DNA from: Planctomycetota bacterium
GTDB taxonomy: Bacteria; Planctomycetota; PLA2; JAEUHO01
DNA length: 64,000 nucleotides
Reading direction: 5' to 3'
NCBI GenBank assembly: GCA_965222115.1
Contig: CBDCTJ010000001.1
Span: 480,001 to 544,000, forward strand
Shown: positions 58,361-64,000 of the stretch, piece by piece
Layout: every line of letters begins with the position of its first letter
How positions within the stretch are numbered: the first letter of the stretch is position 1
Notes under the pieces: generated by a model
What the model was told of the DNA's origin: nothing
What the model saw: only the letters and a program-made list of their open reading frames with translations
Database searches by the model: none
Translations under genes and position numbers: made by a program

Positions 58361-59020
58361 ATGAATCCAAGAAGCCGTTCGCATTCGATCGACAGGATCC
58401 TACTCCCCATCACTGTGTGTCTCTTGTGCACGTTGCTTGTCTCAAGTGCGGTGTGCTCCGCCAAGGAGGCGCCCGCCAACGCTTTGGTCAACGTACCGTT
58501 GGATGCCATTCAAATAGACGACGGTGATTCGATCCACATTCGCTGGAAGGACGGCGTCGAAACGGTACGATTACTGAGTATTGATGCACCGGAAGTTCAA
58601 CACCTTGAACACAACATTCCACGCGATCAGCCCTACGGTCGCCAAGCGCGCGCCTTTCTGAAGGGCTGCCTCGCCATGTCCGATCGCGCCGAACTGTTGC
58701 GCGCAAAACGCAAAGACCCCTACGGTCGCACGCTGGGCTATTTGTTGCTCAATGGCAAGAACTATAGCGAACTCGTCTTGCGCGCATCGCTGGCCATTGA
58801 CACGTCATCGCGCTACCCGAGTGAAGGTTTCATCCAACACGAAACGGCGTGCAAGCGCGCCGGCCTCGCCGCCGAGCCCGTTCCATTCGAAGATCCAAGC
58901 CGATTTCGTCGTCGCATGCGCAAACTCAGCGACGCCATGAAAGCCGCGGGGACCTATCCCAAGATCGAAAGAGACCGGAAGAACGATTCGGGCAACGCAA
59001 GTCGCCCGAAGTCGAAGTAG
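58361..59020 (+). CDS. Thermonuclease (SNase) family secreted protein
   Basis: 'DGDSI', 'VRLLSIDAPE', 'DPYGRTLGY'. Confidence 0.9.
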   Translation: MNPRSRSHSIDRILLPITVCLLCTLLVSSAVCSAKEAPANALVNVPLDAIQIDDGDSIHIRWKDGVETVRLLSIDAPEVQHLEHNIPRDQPYGRQARAFLKGCLAMSDRAELLRAKRKDPYGRTLGYLLLNGKNYSELVLRASLAIDTSSRYPSEGFIQHETACKRAGLAAEPVPFEDPSRFRRRMRKLSDAMKAAGTYPKIERDRKNDSGNASRPKSK

Positions 59021-59063
59021 CACGCGTTGAGATAGAAAAAAGCGCCGCGACGGGGTTCCGCGT

Positions 59064-61085
59064 TCAGAATCCCAAATGGATGGTGACTTCGCTGCCGGGC
59101 GAAACGGCAGTTCCAGCCGGCGGCTCCTGCTTGATTACGCGCGTCTTGAACTTACCCACCTGAATGCGAATACCCTTTTCCTTCACACGCAATCCTGCGG
59201 CTTGTAACAAGTCTTTGGCACGGGATGCCGACTTGCCGCCCACGTTTGGCACCGCGACTTGCGCGGGTTGAATGCCGCCTGTGGTACCCATTGACACGCG
59301 GTAGGCGACGCGAACGGTGGCACCGCGGTGGACGATGGAACCCTTGGGTCGGTCTTGCGCCGTCACAACTGCCTGGACGCCACGCCCAAGGGGCGGGCCA
59401 GTAAGCGCCGCACGCAGCCCGCGCGCCTGCAACAACGCCCGCGCATCGCGCAGCGTGCGCCCCACCAGTTCAGGTACGCGTACGCGTGCCCCTGGGGGAT
59501 TCGGATCAATCGTGCCCCGTCCCTTGCGTACGAGACGGAACGCCACCGTGCTTCCCTTAGCAACGATGGTGCCCGCTTGCGGCGATTGTTCCACTACCAT
59601 ACGCCGTCCTCGACGATCCACGTCGCGGGTATCGCCAAACGACATGTTGAGGCCTTGTTCTTCACAGAACGCACGGGCTACGCGGAAGGGCTTGTTGACG
59701 AAGTCTTGCATCTGCACACGCGCTGGAATGACGAGCGTCAGTGCGCGGCCCGCTCGCATTCGTCTGCCTGCTGCCGGATGCTGCTCCACCACACGATCCA
59801 ACGGTCGATCCGGGTGTTCGCGCTGCACGAGTCGCGGCATGAGCCCCGCACGCAATGCACGAGCTCTCGCGACAGCGATCGACTGGTCTTCACACGACGG
59901 CGCGCGCACGGCGAGGTGAGAGTGGCCATGATGTGATGTCTTACGCGCCAACCCCAGGATCACAAGCCCGCCAGGGCGCAGGGGCGTACCGGGCTCGGGG
60001 AATTGTGCGAGTGCTGTCCCGGGCTCTAGCGGCGACGGCATCCACCGCGGCATCACACGCGCACCAAAGAGGCGGAGCAACGACATGGCGTTGTCTCGGC
60101 TTAGACCTCGCACATCCGGCACTGCCACCGCACGACTGCGCAATCGATCCCTCGGACGGCAGATGGTTACAGTGACAGCACTGGTTGGTGAGACCTTGGT
60201 CCCTGCGGCAACCGATTGCGCCACGACGCAATACGGATCGACCTCGGCAATGCGATCGTTCCAACGCGGCGAAATGCCACACGACCAAAGCAGTTGTTGT
60301 GCTTTGTCAAATTCAAGGCCCGTGAGGTCGGGCATGCGAACGGTGCCCACCGGCGCAGCGTGCTTGCCCGCAACTTGCAACGCGATCGTTGCGCCAGGCA
60401 GTACCTCGGCACCCGAACGCGGATTTTGTGCCGTTACCGTTCCCGGTCGCACGTTGGCATTGAGATCAACGTGTTGGACATCGACGACCAACCCGTAGGC
60501 TTCGGCGATATCGCGCGCCGCTCGAACGCGTCGTCCAATCAATCGGGGCACGATGGTTGGTGGTTGGCACACTTCCAACCGGATATCCCCACGATAGGGA
60601 TGTTTCTTTCCTGCACGGGGCCGTTGACGAAGCACCGTGCCCGCCGCATCGCGGGGACCCGTTGTCTGTACGACTTGCACGACATACACATCGCGAAGTG
60701 CTTCGACGGCTTCGGATTCCTCCATGCCCCGCACATCGGGAACAACCGTTTGCACGAAGGGGCGAATGGCTACTTGAATCGCAACGGTGGCGCCCACATC
60801 AACGTGTGTCCCGGGCTGAGGATCTTGTGCCATGACGGTGTTCGGACGTGCACCAATCCGCGTGGAGATGTCAACAGTGAGCCCCATCTGCTCAAGCAAC
60901 GTGATGGCCTCGCGCCGCGTACGACCAACCACGGACGGCATCTCCATGGTTGATATCACGCCCCCGTGACGCGGTGACCCGCCGCGAGGATTGGCCCATG
61001 CAACGCTGTTCTCGATCAACAACAAGGCAGCGATGCCGATACAGAGGCTTAGGCCAACGTGACCAGGACGAAGAAAACGCAACAT
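59064..61085 (-). CDS. Secreted protein made of about nine PASTA domains
   Basis: Nine repeats of (V/M)P.(V/L).G...A...L...G...V..Q.P..G; signal peptide; no catalytic domain. Confidence 0.88.
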   Translation of the reverse strand: MLRFLRPGHVGLSLCIGIAALLLIENSVAWANPRGGSPRHGGVISTMEMPSVVGRTRREAITLLEQMGLTVDISTRIGARPNTVMAQDPQPGTHVDVGATVAIQVAIRPFVQTVVPDVRGMEESEAVEALRDVYVVQVVQTTGPRDAAGTVLRQRPRAGKKHPYRGDIRLEVCQPPTIVPRLIGRRVRAARDIAEAYGLVVDVQHVDLNANVRPGTVTAQNPRSGAEVLPGATIALQVAGKHAAPVGTVRMPDLTGLEFDKAQQLLWSCGISPRWNDRIAEVDPYCVVAQSVAAGTKVSPTSAVTVTICRPRDRLRSRAVAVPDVRGLSRDNAMSLLRLFGARVMPRWMPSPLEPGTALAQFPEPGTPLRPGGLVILGLARKTSHHGHSHLAVRAPSCEDQSIAVARARALRAGLMPRLVQREHPDRPLDRVVEQHPAAGRRMRAGRALTLVIPARVQMQDFVNKPFRVARAFCEEQGLNMSFGDTRDVDRRGRRMVVEQSPQAGTIVAKGSTVAFRLVRKGRGTIDPNPPGARVRVPELVGRTLRDARALLQARGLRAALTGPPLGRGVQAVVTAQDRPKGSIVHRGATVRVAYRVSMGTTGGIQPAQVAVPNVGGKSASRAKDLLQAAGLRVKEKGIRIQVGKFKTRVIKQEPPAGTAVSPGSEVTIHLGF

Positions 61086-61259
61086 AGTAGTGCTCCGTGC
61101 GGGCGAGGGGTATCGCGCTGAAATCGAGGCGCTCAGCCAGCGTAGCGTCTTATCATCGTGTCGAGTAGCCACGCGCACGCGCTGGTCGAATTCTCGCGCT
61201 GGTCAAACGGGCGCCCGTTCGATTCGGACGATGATGGACCGCGTCGCCTGGAGGTTGCA

Positions 61260-61805
61260 TTGAAGGCAGATCCGGCACCGTCGCCCGCACCCGTATTTTC
61301 AGAGACCCAACGATTCCGCCAATGGTGGCTGTGGGCACCGCTACTTGTACTGCTAGCCATCGCCAGCTACCTATTCGTCAAGCAAATCATCTTTGGCGAT
61401 CCCCAGGGCAAGACGCCCGCGCCCAACTGGGTGATCTGGACCATGCTGATCACGTCGGTATTTGGTCTCCTTGCCTTGGCGGTGCCCAAGCTCGTCGTAA
61501 ACGTGCAGTCCGACGGCATCTCCGTCACGTTTGCCCCCCTGCGACAGCGCCTATTCAAATGGGACGAGATCCATCGTTACGAAGCCGTGACCTACCGACC
61601 GCTGCGCGAATACGGGGGCTGGGGCTATCGAATTGCAGGTCGCGGCAACCGCGCGCTGTCCGTATCCGGAAATCAGGGTGTGCGTTTGCACGGGAGACAA
61701 GACAATGCACCGGATGGCCGCCCCTGGCAGTTGCTCATTGGTTCGCAGCGATCGAGTGAACTATTTGCGGCCATTCGCCAGTTTCACTCCACGGCGGCCT
61801 CGTAG
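61260..61805 (+). CDS. DUF6141-like 2-TM protein with a bacterial PH-like domain
   Basis: 'FSETQRFRQWWLW', 'YRPLREYGGWGYR', 'LLIGSQR'; start uncertain. Confidence 0.75.
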   Translation: MKADPAPSPAPVFSETQRFRQWWLWAPLLVLLAIASYLFVKQIIFGDPQGKTPAPNWVIWTMLITSVFGLLALAVPKLVVNVQSDGISVTFAPLRQRLFKWDEIHRYEAVTYRPLREYGGWGYRIAGRGNRALSVSGNQGVRLHGRQDNAPDGRPWQLLIGSQRSSELFAAIRQFHSTAAS

Positions 61806-61830
61806 GGTACACGCCTAAAGTTGGTGATAC

Positions 61831-63615
61831 GTGGTACCGCATGGACATATAGCGAACTTGAGTGAAAGATATGTAACGGGGGATTTTGTCATGAATTCGA
61901 ACGAAATGGGCGCATGGATTAGAATCTGGATCCTTGACCTTCCCCATCGCATCCATACGCTAAATCGCATGCAGGCACATCGATATCGCGGTTGGATTAG
62001 GCAACTGAGCACTTGTCGGACGAGTGATGGGCGGGCGAGCAATTGGCGAATTGGGACGCAGCTCCTTTGCACCGCGATGCTCGTATCGATGTTTGTGTCC
62101 CATGCATATGCGGACGTACCCGACACGCCTCATCGGCCGGCGCCCGGTGCTGTACCACCTATCGTAGAGGATCTCGGTAGTCCCCCCGCAGGTTCAGACG
62201 GATTCTCCGGTACGCCATATCTCCCCCCTGGGTCTCATTCACAGCCGCCGGCCAAGCCGTTGCCAACCAACCCCGTGGCGTCACGAACATTTCCAGCACC
62301 ATCAGCGCCCACGGCGGCACCGCCAGTCACCCGGACGCACCATCGACAGCAAGACTTGGATCGTGAAATCGCCGGTCATCTTCAGCACGGGCTGATTGAT
62401 GTAGTTGATCACGTTTCCAAGATGAGCGTCACGCTGATCAGTCGTTCACGGGGCGTGGGAACGTCGGCGCGGCAACCGATTACCGGTGCGGGCTCCGGCG
62501 TTGTCGTTCGCTATCACGGGGTCCATATTCTTACCAATGCGCACGTCGTCGATGGCGATGACACCATGACGGCCATCATGTACGACGGTCGCGAGTATCG
62601 ACTTTCGGTGCGCGCCACCGACAAAAACCTTGACGTCGCGTTGCTGCGATTTGCCGATGGCGATCCCAACTTCCCCTGGGCGGCCAACTTGTCGGAATAC
62701 CCCAGCATGAGGACGGCCGAAGGCGCATGGGTCATTGCAACCGGCAATCCATTCCTCCTCTCCGAAGAGGGCAAAGCCGCCGCGAGCATCGGTGTAGTCA
62801 GCGGTTTTCGGCGCAACGCCAAGCCACCCCACGGTCGGCTGATTCAACACGACGCGGAAATCAACCCTGGCAGTTCGGGCGGTCCCTTGTGGAACGCCAA
62901 AGGGAAGCTGGTCGGACTCAATGGCGCTATTCTCACACGCGCGCGCGTGATCGGCTCGGGGGGACCATCGTTCACCGGCGCATCGGTAGCCATTCCCGTG
63001 GAGGAGATTCGAACCTTTATCGAACGCGTGACCGGCAATGCGCCCATTCGCACCCGTCCTGTTGTTCATCGTCGCAGGATGATTGCCAACAAAACGCTAC
63101 TGGGTAGCGGCGTGCCCATGGCATCGGGGGCCAATCTCGCGCGTCCTGGCACGCTACCCGCACCCCGCGTGACGACCGTGCCGCGCGCTCAGGGCGACAT
63201 CGGTTCGCCGCCCTACTTGGCGCAACCCCATCAACGAATGCCACACGGTGATGCATCCACCGCGCAACAACCATTGGGCGCTCCGATCCCAGCACAGCCC
63301 TATCGCGGCATTCCCGTTCAGGATGACACGCGGCCCATTGGTCTGAATATGGAAGACTATCTAAATGCCGACGGCGCGCATGATGGCGTCGTGGTCAGGC
63401 ATATTCACGGCAATAGCGTGTTTCGAATGCACCCCTCCTACTTCGAACTGTCTCCCGAGGACGTCATTGTGAGCGTCACCGTCACAGGACAGTCGCACGC
63501 CATTCACTCGATCGCACAGTTGATCCAAGTATTGGACTTGCACGGTCCAACCATGATTGAAGCGATTCAAATTCGCCGCTACGGCGCGCTGCAGTACTTG
63601 ATGCCGAGACAGTAA
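61831..63615 (+). CDS. S1C/HtrA-like serine protease with Pro-rich linkers and a degenerate PDZ domain
   Basis: GSGVV, LTNAHVV, DVALL, INPGSSGGPL; true start is probably further downstream (about 61969-62077). Confidence 0.88.
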   Translation: MVPHGHIANLSERYVTGDFVMNSNEMGAWIRIWILDLPHRIHTLNRMQAHRYRGWIRQLSTCRTSDGRASNWRIGTQLLCTAMLVSMFVSHAYADVPDTPHRPAPGAVPPIVEDLGSPPAGSDGFSGTPYLPPGSHSQPPAKPLPTNPVASRTFPAPSAPTAAPPVTRTHHRQQDLDREIAGHLQHGLIDVVDHVSKMSVTLISRSRGVGTSARQPITGAGSGVVVRYHGVHILTNAHVVDGDDTMTAIMYDGREYRLSVRATDKNLDVALLRFADGDPNFPWAANLSEYPSMRTAEGAWVIATGNPFLLSEEGKAAASIGVVSGFRRNAKPPHGRLIQHDAEINPGSSGGPLWNAKGKLVGLNGAILTRARVIGSGGPSFTGASVAIPVEEIRTFIERVTGNAPIRTRPVVHRRRMIANKTLLGSGVPMASGANLARPGTLPAPRVTTVPRAQGDIGSPPYLAQPHQRMPHGDASTAQQPLGAPIPAQPYRGIPVQDDTRPIGLNMEDYLNADGAHDGVVVRHIHGNSVFRMHPSYFELSPEDVIVSVTVTGQSHAIHSIAQLIQVLDLHGPTMIEAIQIRRYGALQYLMPRQ

Positions 63616-63701
63616 GGTCTTGAAAGGCCATAACGTCTTGAAAAGCAACAAGGTCTTGAGAGGCGATAAGGTCTGAAAAACGATAAGGTCTTAAGAACAC
63701 G
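63613..63701. repeat. Five degenerate ~18-bp tandem direct repeats
   Basis: taaggtcttgaaaggcca / taacgtcttgaaaagcaa / caaggtcttgagaggcga / taaggtctgaaaaacga / taaggtcttaagaacacg. Confidence 0.85.
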
Positions 63702-63766
63702 AGAGTTTTGAGATCACGGCTCGTTCGCGTGTAGCTTGGGTCCTACGAATTGTAGGAGGTACGCGC

Positions 63767-64000
63767 ATGCATCTTCGCCACGTGGCCGCCGTCGGTCGCC
63801 TCGTTGTCATCCTGGCCGTGTTTTCTGCAATAGCCGGTGCTCCGGGAACGCGTGCCGAGGCCAAGGGCACAACCACCCAAAAGCACGACCCATTGAGCAG
63901 CTTGCAACGCGAGTTCAAGCGGGCCATCAAGCGCGTCAAAGCCGCTACAGTCATCTGCACGCCCATGGGCGCCCGATCAAAGAAACACGGTTTCAGCTCC
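63767..64000 (+). CDS. 3'-truncated secreted protein, possibly a second S1C protease
   Basis: AGGAGG RBS; signal peptide; 'LQREFKRAIKRVKAATV...GFSS' resembles the entry to an S1C domain; open to the window end. Confidence 0.55.
   Translation, partial: MHLRHVAAVGRLVVILAVFSAIAGAPGTRAEAKGTTTQKHDPLSSLQREFKRAIKRVKAATVICTPMGARSKKHGFSS

Noticed and set aside
54098-59020. Defence island or mobile element around vapBC and the thermonuclease
   Set aside because: No integrase, transposase, att sites or other defence genes; the neighbours look like ordinary chromosomal genes
63613-63701. CRISPR array
   Set aside because: The unit is about 18 bp with no spacer-length unique sequence, and there are no cas genes
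1-64000. Genome-wide TGA reassignment (genetic code 4 or 25)
   Set aside because: Many conserved genes end in TGA at the expected place with ATGA/GTGA overlaps, and long conserved genes have no internal TGA

Overview
GC-rich bacterial window. The gene content and intergenic repeats suggest Planctomycetota, but that is inference only. Recognisable modules in order: a LysR/SnoaL/ABC-exporter operon divergent from a PhnCDE-like ABC importer resembling the putative selenate-binding clade; bioB, a bioF-bioD fusion and bioA; a block of secreted or membrane-anchored hypotheticals; SLC13 permease, ETF-QO, M18 peptidase, lemA-htpX, an MFS transporter and class I aldolase; a Cus-type Cu/Ag RND efflux operon with YHS proteins and two TolCs; FadL, vapBC, msrB, a thermonuclease, a 9xPASTA protein and S1C proteases. 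The main result is two genes that the ORF track splits at an in-frame Cys-TGA, each followed by a SECIS-like hairpin, so both are candidate undescribed selenoproteins. (1) 19989..20747 is a secreted thioredoxin-like protein whose mature N-terminus would read GGGCUG. (2) 51007..51468 (-) is a Cys/His-rich DUF2946/CruR-like leader protein upstream of the Cus operon. No selA/B/C/D, rRNA, tRNA, CRISPR array or transposase was recognised. All family calls come from motif recognition by eye, not database searches.
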